A stretch of 21,306 nucleotides of DNA from Nitrospiraceae bacterium (GTDB lineage Bacteria; Nitrospirota; Nitrospiria; Nitrospirales; Nitrospiraceae): assembly GCA_037442105.1 (NCBI GenBank), contig JBBIQV010000003.1, positions 125,670-146,975 of the forward strand, given 5' to 3'. The notes beneath the pieces are model-generated. The model was not told where the DNA came from, ran no database searches, and saw only the letters and a list, made by a program, of their open reading frames with translations. A program made the position numbers and the translations under genes. Positions 1 to 7,285 of this stretch are shown piece by piece. Every line of letters begins with the position of its first letter. The stretch's first letter is position 1.

Positions 1-1870
1 GCACGCGACTCTCCATTTTCATCGCTTCGATGATCAGCAACGGATCGCCGGATTTGACCTGGTCTCCCTGCGCGACGAGGACCTTCACGACGCGGCCCGG
101 CATCGGCGGCGCCACGTCGCCCGGCTTGGTAGGCTTCGGCCGTTTGGGTTTGGCGCCGCCACCGGATTCCGGCGCTTCCGGCACGCCGGCGAGCACCTCT
201 TGAATCGGCTCGAGCGTGACTTCTTCAAGTTTATCGTTGACGCGGATGTAATAGGGTTTCCGCCCGTCGGTTTTGCGGCCTGAACCGGACACCTTGACGT
301 GATAGGTCTCGCCATGAACGGTGACGTTGAACTCCGCCGGGGCAAGATGAAGTTCATGGGCGACAGCCGGGCCTTTGGCGGTGGCCGGTTCCAGGGGTTC
401 AGGCGTCAGGTCCCCGCGTTCGCGCGCCTCGAAGAACTCCCGTGCGATGGCGGGAAAGAGGGCGAACGACAACCGGTCTTCCACCGTCGCCGCCGACCTC
501 GGCAGGTCTTTCCTCAGCGCCTCCAACTCCGGCTCGAGCCGGTCGGCCGGTCTGGTGCGAATCGGCTCTTCATTGCCGATGGCCCGGGCCATGATTTCCT
601 GATCCACCGGCCCCGGTGCACGGCCGTACAGGCCGAGGAAGTAGTTTTTCGTCTCGGTCGTGATGACTTTATATCGCTCGCCGGTGAGTACGTTGAGCGT
701 TGCCTGCGTGCCGACGATCTGGCTCGTGGGCGTGACCAGCGGCGGGTAGCCCATTTCTTTCCGGACCCGCGGTACTTCGTCCAGCACCTCTTTTATCCGT
801 TCGAGCGCATTCTGTTCGGTGAGCTGCGCGGCGAGGTTCGAGAGCATGCCGCCGGGAATCTGCGAGGTGAGAATTTCGGCGTCCACGCCGGTGAAGTCGC
901 TTTCAAATTGCCGGTACTTGCGACGGACGGTTCGGAAGTGCTCCGTGATCGGTCGAAAGCTTGTGAGGTCCAAGCCCGTGTCGTAGGGAGTGTCCCGCAA
1001 TGAAGCGACGAGGGTTTCCGTGGGAGGGTGGGACGTCCCGCCAGCCAGCGGGGAAATCGCCGTATCCAACATATCCAATCCGCCGAGAATGGCCATGAGC
1101 GACGCCATCGAGGCCATCCCGGACGTGTAGTGCGTGTGGAGGTGAATGGGCACCCGTACGGCGGCTTTGAGCCGGCGTACCAGCGTGTAGGCTTCCAGTG
1201 GAGCGAGGAGGCCGGCCATGTCCTTGATGCAGAGGGTGTCCGTGCCCATGTCCTCCAGTTGTTTCGCCATATCGACGAACCGGTCGATGCTGTGCACGGG
1301 GCTGACGGTATAGCTGATCGCCGCCTCGACGTGTTTGCCGCAGGTCTTCACCGCCTTCATCGCGCGGTCGAGATTGCGGACGTCATTGAGCGCATCGAAG
1401 ATGCGGAAGACATCGATGCCGTTTTCGGCGGACCGTTCGACGAACGCATCGAGCACGTCGTCCGCATAGTGCCGGTAGCCGACCAGATTTTGGCCGCGCA
1501 GCAGCATCTGCAGTTTCGTGTTCGGCATCGCTGCGCGCAAGGCACGGAGCCGCTCCCAGGGATCTTCCTTGAGGAATCGCAGGCAGGTGTCGAAGGTGGC
1601 TCCACCCCACACCTCCAAGGACCAGTAGCCGACAGCATCGAGTTTCTGCGCGATGGGCAGCATGTCTTCGGTCCGCATGCGGGTGGCGAGGAGGGACTGG
1701 TGCCCGTCGCGGAGCGCGACATCGGTGATGAGGACCTTCTTGCCGGGTGCCGGCTTGATCTCCAGTTCCGGCTTGCCCGGACGAGGGGCTCGTCGTGGAG
1801 CGCGAGTCGCGGCAGTCTTCGCGGCGCGGGCGCTTTTTGCTGCCAGAGGTTTGTTCTTCCGTGCTGCCAT
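1..1870 (-). CDS. pycB: Biotin-dependent carboxylase large subunit (carboxyltransferase plus biotin carrier), pyruvate carboxylase B / 2-oxoglutarate carboxylase large subunit family; 3' end runs off the window
   Basis: Manual translation from ATG 1870 (not in the ORF track because there is no stop in the window): MAARKNKP...ITDVALRDGHQSLLATRMRTEDMLPIA, LEVWGGATFD, EDPWERLR, LQMLLRGQNLVGYRHY, IKDMAGLL, HLHTH, GYPPLVTPTSQIVG, and the biotinylation motif EAMKM near positions 14-28. Substrate cannot be fixed from motifs alone. Confidence 0.92.
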   Translation of the reverse strand, partial: MAARKNKPLAAKSARAAKTAATRAPRRAPRPGKPELEIKPAPGKKVLITDVALRDGHQSLLATRMRTEDMLPIAQKLDAVGYWSLEVWGGATFDTCLRFLKEDPWERLRALRAAMPNTKLQMLLRGQNLVGYRHYADDVLDAFVERSAENGIDVFRIFDALNDVRNLDRAMKAVKTCGKHVEAAISYTVSPVHSIDRFVDMAKQLEDMGTDTLCIKDMAGLLAPLEAYTLVRRLKAAVRVPIHLHTHYTSGMASMASLMAILGGLDMLDTAISPLAGGTSHPPTETLVASLRDTPYDTGLDLTSFRPITEHFRTVRRKYRQFESDFTGVDAEILTSQIPGGMLSNLAAQLTEQNALERIKEVLDEVPRVRKEMGYPPLVTPTSQIVGTQATLNVLTGERYKVITTETKNYFLGLYGRAPGPVDQEIMARAIGNEEPIRTRPADRLEPELEALRKDLPRSAATVEDRLSFALFPAIAREFFEARERGDLTPEPLEPATAKGPAVAHELHLAPAEFNVTVHGETYHVKVSGSGRKTDGRKPYYIRVNDKLEEVTLEPIQEVLAGVPEAPESGGGAKPKRPKPTKPGDVAPPMPGRVVKVLVAQGDQVKSGDPLLIIEAMKMESRV

Positions 1871-1901
1871 AGGATCAGGGAATCCGGTTCACCGCGCTGG
1901 T

Positions 1902-3320
1902 TTAGAGACCTTCATAGGAAGCGATGGCCGCTGAGATGGCGAGGACCAAGTCTTCCGGCTGCTCCAGTTCGTCGTAGTTGAACAAATCCGGGTGGGTTTC
2001 CAGGTAGGAGGTGTCGAAGCGTCCCGCCAGAAAATCCGGTTCCTGCATGATGGTCTTCATAAAGGGAATCGTCGTTTTGACGCCGCGGAGAACGTACTCT
2101 TCGAGCGAACGGCGCATGCGGCTGACCGTTTCCTCCCATGTTCGTCCCCGCACCGTGAGTTTGGCCAACAAGGCGTCGTAGTAGGGCGGGATCGAATAGT
2201 CCTTATACACAGCCCCGTCGATACGGACGCCGATGCCGCCTGGAGAGAGGTAAGCGGTGACGGTGCCGGTGCAAGGGCGGAAGTTGTTTCGCGGATCTTC
2301 GGCGTTGATCCGGCATTGGATCGCGTGGCCCTGGAGCGTCACTTCGTCCTGTCGAATTTCGAGCGGCTTTCCGGCTGCGATCGTGATCTGAATGCGTACG
2401 ATGTCGATGGCGGTGATTTGTTCCGTGACCGTATGCTCCACCTGGATGCGCGGGTTCATCTCGATGAAGTAGTAGCGCCCGTCCTGGTCGAGCAGGAACT
2501 CCACGGTACCGGCGTTGTCGTAGTCCACCGCGCGGGCGATGGCGACGGCGGCGTCTCCCATTTCGGCCCGCAGCTTCGGTGTAAGAATCAACGACGGGGC
2601 GATTTCGATGAGCTTCTGGTGACGGCGCTGAATCGAGCAGTCCCGCTCTCCCAGATGGATGATGCTGCCGTGCTTGTCGGCCAGGATCTGAAATTCGATG
2701 TGATGCGGGCGCTCGATGTATTTCTCCAGAAAGACGCTGCCGTCGCCGAAGGCTGCAAGCGCTTCGCGGGCTGCGACTTCCATGTCGTCCCGAAGCTCAG
2801 CGTCGGATCGAACGACACGAAGGCCTCGTCCGCCTCCCCCCGCACTTGCCTTGATCATGACGGGATATCCGGATGTGTTGACGAAGGCCAGCGCCTCCGC
2901 GATATGCGCCACGCCCCCTTCGGTTCCGGGCACGATGGGGACGCCGATTTGCTTGGCGATCTCGCGGGCCTTGACCTTACTGCCCATCAAGTGGATCGCC
3001 TGCGGAGAGGGACCGATGAACACGATGTCGTTCGCTTGACAAAGGTGAGCGAACTGGGCGTTCTCGGAGAGAAATCCGTAGCCGGGATGAATCGCATCGG
3101 CGCCGATGCGCTTGGCTAAGTCCACGATCTGCTGCATGTCCAAAAAGCCTTTTACCGGTCCCGGCCCCACCAGGTAGGCTTCGTCGGCTTTTTTGACGTA
3201 GATGCCGGTCGAATCGGCTTCTGAGTAGATCGCTGCAGTGGCGATATTCAACTCGCGGCAGGCGCGAATGATCCTCATGGCGATTTCGCCCCGATTGGCG
3301 ACCAGGATCTTCTTGAACAT
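1902..3320 (-). CDS. pycA: Biotin carboxylase subunit of the two-subunit carboxylase (472 aa)
   Basis: MFKKILVANRGEIA, HPGYGFLSEN, KASAGGGGRG, ERDCSIQRRHQK, EMNPRIQVEH, RINAEDP. The C-terminal helix EDLVLAISAAIASYEGL is typical of PycA/CfiB-type subunits rather than AccC. Start moved from 3404 to 3320 because of the canonical N-terminus and GAGG upstream. Confidence 0.93.
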   Translation of the reverse strand: MFKKILVANRGEIAMRIIRACRELNIATAAIYSEADSTGIYVKKADEAYLVGPGPVKGFLDMQQIVDLAKRIGADAIHPGYGFLSENAQFAHLCQANDIVFIGPSPQAIHLMGSKVKAREIAKQIGVPIVPGTEGGVAHIAEALAFVNTSGYPVMIKASAGGGGRGLRVVRSDAELRDDMEVAAREALAAFGDGSVFLEKYIERPHHIEFQILADKHGSIIHLGERDCSIQRRHQKLIEIAPSLILTPKLRAEMGDAAVAIARAVDYDNAGTVEFLLDQDGRYYFIEMNPRIQVEHTVTEQITAIDIVRIQITIAAGKPLEIRQDEVTLQGHAIQCRINAEDPRNNFRPCTGTVTAYLSPGGIGVRIDGAVYKDYSIPPYYDALLAKLTVRGRTWEETVSRMRRSLEEYVLRGVKTTIPFMKTIMQEPDFLAGRFDTSYLETHPDLFNYDELEQPEDLVLAISAAIASYEGL

Positions 3321-3394
3321 GCGCAGTTCGCCTCTTGCTCGTCTCGTGGACGGGCGGATGTGATCCATCCCGATGGATGGAGAAAAGAGCGCGT

Positions 3395-3424
3395 AACCTA
3401 GCATAGGATCAGGAGTCCTGTCGA
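3395..3424 (-). promoter_or_regulatory. Candidate sigma70 promoter for the carboxylase genes
   Basis: Minus strand TCGACA-N18-TAGGTT with an extended -10 TG (TGcTAGGTT). Confidence 0.45.
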
Positions 3425-3463
3425 GACGGGGTAGCGGGGTCGGAGGAGATAGGCGGGAGTTGA

Positions 3464-3488
3464 CAGGGGAGGGAATATCCCTCCCCTG
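3464..3488 (-). terminator. GC-rich stem-loop downstream of the IPT/TIG-like gene (terminator-like, no U-tract)
   Basis: Perfect 11-bp inverted repeat CAGGGGAGGGA-ata-TCCCTCCCCTG, 22 nt past the stop codon at 3511. Confidence 0.5.
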
Positions 3489-3510
3489 AGGGGGCCCTGG
3501 GAGACTCGAT

Positions 3511-3957
3511 CTACTTCTTGATCAAAACGGGCTTTGATTGGGCGCTGCCACCGCCGGCGACGACGATGACGAAAGACATGCCGGCCTTGGCTTGCGGTAC
3601 GGTAGCTTCGATTGTCGAATCGTTGACGAACTTGTAGTCGACTTTTTCCTTCGAGGCGGAACTGAACGTGACGCCGTGGAAGCACTCCTTCGTGCCGAAG
3701 TTCTCGCCTTTGATGACGACCTTGTCGCCGGGCTTGGCCTCATCGGGTTCGACCTTCATGATCTTAGGGCGCTTGTTACGGTCGCAGATCGGGTCTTTCT
3801 CTATCTTAGAGGCGTCGAAGCCCTTGATCGACTCCGTATCGAAGAGGCTGTAGCCGGTGCCTTCAAGAGTGGACCCCTGCTCTTCGGCGTGAGTCAGGAA
3901 TGGAACGGCCACGACAGCCAGCACAACAATGAGGGTTGGGAGCGTTCGGGTCAACAT
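3511..3957 (-). CDS. Secreted IPT/TIG (Ig-like) domain protein, 148 aa
   Basis: Strong SD TAAGGAGG before ATG 3957. Signal peptide MLTRTLPTLIVVLAVVAVPFLTHA. Pattern PKIMKVEPDEAKPGDKVVIKGENFG...VTF...VNDSTIEATVP...VIVV resembles IPT/TIG domains. Confidence 0.75.
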   Translation of the reverse strand: MLTRTLPTLIVVLAVVAVPFLTHAEEQGSTLEGTGYSLFDTESIKGFDASKIEKDPICDRNKRPKIMKVEPDEAKPGDKVVIKGENFGTKECFHGVTFSSASKEKVDYKFVNDSTIEATVPQAKAGMSFVIVVAGGGSAQSKPVLIKK

Positions 3958-3980
3958 ACGTGCCTCCTTAGGCATGAAGA

Positions 3981-4802
3981 TTACTTGGAGCTGACGGGAG
4001 TGTAAGTGTCCGCAATGATTTTCTGGCCTGCGTCGGACAACACGAACTGGCGAAAGGCATCGACCGCAGGATTGGCTTCCTTCTTCGAGAGCAACAGGAC
4101 AGGGCGCCGTAATGAGTACCGACCGTCCTTGACCGTCGGCATCTCCGGCTCAACTTTATCGATCGGCAACACCCGTACCGCGACGCCGGTGGTGACTGCC
4201 GCGAGCGCCTGACTGAGAGACAAGTAGGCGACGGCGGAAAGAGGAGGCAGCGTTCCCACGACCGTCTTGATGACCTTGTCGTCGCGAGAGATGACCTTGG
4301 CCGATTCGGGAATCTTTCCGGTGATGCCAAGCTGGCTTTCGAAGGCGTCTTTCACGTTTTGATTTCGGGGGCGATCGATGAGGAGGATTTTCGTTTCCGG
4401 CCCTCCCAACTCCGACCACATCTTCACCTTCCCCAAAAAGATATCGGCCACCTCCTGTTTTGTCACCTCTTTGGTGAAATTCGACAGATTGACCAAGATT
4501 GCGATGCCGTCCCAGGCAATCTGCGTCGCGTCCAGTTCAGGGTCTTCGGCGCCGGTCACGGCAATCTGTGCCTGGCCGGACTTCACCATGTCCACCGGTT
4601 TGGAGTTATCGTCCCAGAGCACATCCACATACGCCCGGGGGTGCGCTTTTTCAAACACTCTGGCAAGGAGCTCGATCGTCGTCAATTCCGGTCCGTTTCC
4701 GGCGATGGTAATTGATCCGGACACTTCAGCCTGCGCCTGGGTGAGTGGAGCGACGGGAAGCACCATCGCCAGACACAGCGCCAGCATCACTCTCACGCTC
4801 AT
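3981..4802 (-). CDS. Periplasmic substrate-binding protein, PstS-like fold, ligand uncertain
   Basis: Signal peptide ending AQA. PstS-like segments SITIAG, IAWDGIAILVN, VADIFLGKVKMWSELGG, TVKDGRYSLRRPVLL, FRQFVLSDAGQKII. SD AAGGAG upstream. Confidence 0.85.
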   Translation of the reverse strand: MSVRVMLALCLAMVLPVAPLTQAQAEVSGSITIAGNGPELTTIELLARVFEKAHPRAYVDVLWDDNSKPVDMVKSGQAQIAVTGAEDPELDATQIAWDGIAILVNLSNFTKEVTKQEVADIFLGKVKMWSELGGPETKILLIDRPRNQNVKDAFESQLGITGKIPESAKVISRDDKVIKTVVGTLPPLSAVAYLSLSQALAAVTTGVAVRVLPIDKVEPEMPTVKDGRYSLRRPVLLLSKKEANPAVDAFRQFVLSDAGQKIIADTYTPVSSK

Positions 4803-4890
4803 GCTCTCTCCTTTCTCATCCTCATGCGAGTGTTCACCGGAAGTCCGACGGTGTAAGAAGGTAGACAGAACAGAGGGGAAACGCCATCAC

Positions 4891-5223
4891 TCAGGATCCG
4901 CCAGAACCGCTGCCTTCTGTGGAACTGTCCGAAGAGGAGCCCGTGGTTGACAGCGTGTCCGGCGCGAGGGGGAGACGTTTTCCCATGGGCGGCGGCAGCT
5001 TCGTGAACTTGTCGAGCCGCTGATTCAACATGTCGTAGGCCTTCATCTCCGTGAACCCAGGTTTGTGGTCTCCTACCACTTTCGAGGCGAAGGACGAGAA
5101 TAGCCGTGTGGCTTTCTGTGCCTTGCAATGGGGGCACACAGTGTCTTCCGGTCTTGCGTGGATCGACTGGGCGACTTCAAACTGCCGTTCGCAATGTTCA
5201 CATCGATATTCGTACAGCGGCAT
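4891..5223 (-). CDS. FmdB-family zinc ribbon protein
   Basis: MPLYEYRCEHC...VCPHC (two CxxC motifs) followed by a low-complexity Ser/Gly tail. Confidence 0.88.
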   Translation of the reverse strand: MPLYEYRCEHCERQFEVAQSIHARPEDTVCPHCKAQKATRLFSSFASKVVGDHKPGFTEMKAYDMLNQRLDKFTKLPPPMGKRLPLAPDTLSTTGSSSDSSTEGSGSGGS

Positions 5224-5289
5224 GGAAAAACTCCATTGATTCCGTGCGTGTGAGCCGGTTCAGGCGGTGCTGCAGGCGGTCCAGCATAC

Positions 5290-5319
5290 TTGACCGATCG
5301 AGTAATTTTCGATTATTGT
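5290..5319 (+). promoter_or_regulatory. Candidate sigma70 promoter for the 5366-7276 gene run
   Basis: TTGACC-N18-TATTGT in the divergent intergenic region. Confidence 0.55.
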
Positions 5320-5365
5320 AGCACAACTCACGGTTTCACAGTGGGTGATTAAGAGGAGGAGCGGT

Positions 5366-5542
5366 ATGCCGTTGTTGGTCCGAAAGTATAAGAGTTCGAG
5401 CGGGATGATGCAGGAAGAGCGGATTGACGATCCGGATCGGATCGAGCGCTATATGCGCATTTTTGAGAAAGAAGATATCAAGAAACTTGAGACCGGTGCG
5501 AAGGTGTTCATCGAAAAGGATGAGTGGCAGCTCCTGCCCTGA
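5366..5542 (+). CDS. Small hypothetical protein (58 aa)
   Basis: Strong SD GAGGAGG before ATG 5366; MPLLVRKYKSSSGMMQEERIDDPDRIERYMRIFEKEDIKKLETGAKVFIEKDEWQLLP; lies just downstream of a promoter candidate. Confidence 0.75.
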   Translation: MPLLVRKYKSSSGMMQEERIDDPDRIERYMRIFEKEDIKKLETGAKVFIEKDEWQLLP

Positions 5543-5543
5543 A

Positions 5544-5621
5544 CCAGTAAGGGGGTAAAGGGTAGGGTGTGAGAGATTGGAGAGCTATATCCCTCACTCC
5601 TTACGCCTCATCCCTAACTGG
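5544..5621. repeat. Heptamer-period fold-back element A
   Basis: Left units GTAAGGG(G)/GTAAAGG/GTAGGGT/GTGAGAG (5547-5575); right units CCCTCAC/TCCTTAC/GCCTCAT/CCCTAAC (5591-5618); outer CCAGT pairs with ACTGG. Confidence 0.75.
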
Positions 5622-5626
5622 CCCTC

Positions 5627-5830
5627 ATGATTTACTGGGTCCACATTGCCCGTGCTATTGACCGAGTAACGCTCCACCGTGACCGATGTTCGGAGGTCCC
5701 GTCGAACGTCTCCAGCAGCGATTTCTGGGAAGGAGGGTGGTTCGACTATCCGGACAAGGAACGGGCCCTTGCCGCAATGGAACAAGCCGGCACGTCTGAT
5801 CAACGGAAATGTCCGTTGTGTAAGCCGTGA
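5627..5830 (+). CDS. Small hypothetical protein with a putative metal site (HxxxC...CxxCKP), 67 aa
   Basis: LHRDRC...GGWFDYPDKERALAAMEQAG...KCPLCKP. Fills the gap between two repeat elements and is co-oriented with its neighbours; no clear SD. Confidence 0.65.
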   Translation: MIYWVHIARAIDRVTLHRDRCSEVPSNVSSSDFWEGGWFDYPDKERALAAMEQAGTSDQRKCPLCKP

Positions 5831-5913
5831 AGGTGACGAGTGATGGGCGAGGAAGGATTGGTTTAGACAACCGAATCCGTGCAATTCTTCACTAATCACC
5901 GACCACCCCTCAC
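5827..5913. repeat. Heptamer-period fold-back element B
   Basis: GTGA/GCGA at 5827, 5833, 5840, 5847; complementary TCAC/CCAC at 5889, 5896, 5903, 5910; inner hairpin GGATTGGTT/AACCGAATCC (5855-5878). Confidence 0.7.
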
Positions 5914-5921
5914 TTGATTGC

Positions 5922-6782
5922 ATGCCACGATTTGCCCTCCTCCTCACCACCCTGATCTGGGGCGCCACGTTTCCCGCGACTAAGGCGGTCTTGGAGCAAA
6001 TGCCGCCTCTGTCATTTCTGTTTGTTCGGTTCTTGCTCGGCACGATTCTGATCCTGGGAGGTCTCTGGGCGACGGGTCGTATCCCTCGACGCGACCGAAA
6101 CATCGTTCGGCTCAGCTTGATTGCAACCGTATGGCTCTTTCTCGGTTACACGATGCAAACGGTCGGGTTGCGGTACACGAGCGCCTCGAACTCCGCTTTT
6201 ATCACGGCCTTGTACGTGGTGTTTGTTCCGCTCATTCTGCGTCGCTTCGGCGGCCACGTGTGGGGGGCGGCCTTGGTGGCGTTGATCGGGCTATGGTTGC
6301 TCGTGAAGCCGACGGCGTCGATCAATCTTGGCGATGCGCTGACGTTGGCGTGCGCGGCGGCGTTCGCCGCGCACATAGCCTGCCTGGAGCGATTTACCCG
6401 CGAAGCCGATCCGGTGTCTCTCTTCGTCTGGCAGTTGGTCTTTGTCACCACCGCCATGATGCCGGTGATGATGATTGAATCACCGTCGCTCGATGCCTTT
6501 CGGCCCACGACGGTCTTGCTGATCGGCCTCGGGGTGACCGGCGTGCTGGCGACTGGCGCCTTCGCGGTGCAAATGTGGGCGCAGCGGCTGTTGCCGGCGC
6601 AACAAGTGGCCTTGCTGTTCTCGCTCGAGCCGGCGTATGCGGCCTGGCTGTCGTGGTATTTTCTGGACGAATCGCTGGACGCACAAGGATGGGTCGGCAG
6701 TGGGTTGATCTTCAGTGCCGTGGTGATCGGATCGTTTGCGACGGAGACGTCCCACGTGGAAACCTCGTTGGGCACGGTGTAG
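5922..6782 (+). CDS. DMT/EamA-family transporter
   Basis: About ten hydrophobic segments in two repeats: LIWGATF...PPLSFLFVRF, GLRYTSASNSAFITALYVVFVP, GDALTLACA, LLFSLEPAYAA. Confidence 0.92.
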   Translation: MPRFALLLTTLIWGATFPATKAVLEQMPPLSFLFVRFLLGTILILGGLWATGRIPRRDRNIVRLSLIATVWLFLGYTMQTVGLRYTSASNSAFITALYVVFVPLILRRFGGHVWGAALVALIGLWLLVKPTASINLGDALTLACAAAFAAHIACLERFTREADPVSLFVWQLVFVTTAMMPVMMIESPSLDAFRPTTVLLIGLGVTGVLATGAFAVQMWAQRLLPAQQVALLFSLEPAYAAWLSWYFLDESLDAQGWVGSGLIFSAVVIGSFATETSHVETSLGTV

Positions 6783-6808
6783 GCAATATTCTTGTCGGGG
6801 ACAGACTG

Positions 6809-7276
6809 GTGGCGCAAAAGTTCGGAAATAGCCGTTGGGTATGCGATGGGTTCTTGGATAATCGAGTCGACGGCACCGTCGTCGGCCGGATCACGTTTGC
6901 CGCGGTGGGTCCTGTGGACTTTTACCTTATCGGGAATTTCAAAGGGGAGATTGCCGGGAAGGCGATTCAGTTCCGCAACAGCCGATTTGCCGATGAGGAT
7001 CTCGCCGGCCACGTGCTCGGTGATCTTGAAGTGCCGCAGGTCGGGGACGTGGGTCTGATCTCGTTCGATCCGCATCCGCATCTCGCGCCGCACCCCTATA
7101 TCGAATGGTTCTCGATGCGCAAGAACCACTATCGGATCGAGCTGGCTCCGGAGGATGCCTGGATTGTGCCGGAAGCAGAGATGGCTCGGCTGGATTCGGA
7201 GAGCCAGAAGATCAGGCAGGCGTTGAAAGATCGCTCTATAGCCGGGCCCATACGAGCTGAATCCGACTGGATATAA
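6809..7276 (+). CDS. Hypothetical protein (~155 aa)
   Basis: 3' part of track ORF 6575-7276. GTG 6809 follows GGGGA and avoids a 200-nt overlap with the EamA gene; MAQKFGNSRWVCDGFLDNRVDG...PHPYIEWFS. Confidence 0.65.
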   Translation: MAQKFGNSRWVCDGFLDNRVDGTVVGRITFAAVGPVDFYLIGNFKGEIAGKAIQFRNSRFADEDLAGHVLGDLEVPQVGDVGLISFDPHPHLAPHPYIEWFSMRKNHYRIELAPEDAWIVPEAEMARLDSESQKIRQALKDRSIAGPIRAESDWI

Positions 7277-7285
7277 GAGACGTTC

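Noticed and set aside
299..3119. Long plus-strand ORFs 299-1003, 1028-1981 and 1992-3119
   Set aside because: They are antisense shadows of the carboxylase genes, expected from GC-rich codon bias, and carry no recognisable motifs.
3321..3413. Upstream in-frame ATG 3404 for the biotin carboxylase, with a 12-mer (CCTGATCCTATG) identical to the large-subunit start context at 1868-1879
   Set aside because: ATG 3404 lies inside the promoter candidate, the canonical MFKKILVANRGE start at 3320 has an SD, and some 12-mer repeats are expected by chance in 21 kb.
3511..4802. Idea that the binding protein and IPT/TIG protein supply bicarbonate to the carboxylase as one operon
   Set aside because: A strong hairpin and a separate promoter candidate lie between them and pycA, and known bicarbonate-binding proteins are not PstS-like.
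6146..7129. 327-aa minus-strand ORF, and the 6575 start of the overlapping plus-strand ORF
   Set aside because: The first is antisense to the EamA gene and its neighbour; the second would overlap EamA by over 200 nt when a plausible GTG exists at 6809.
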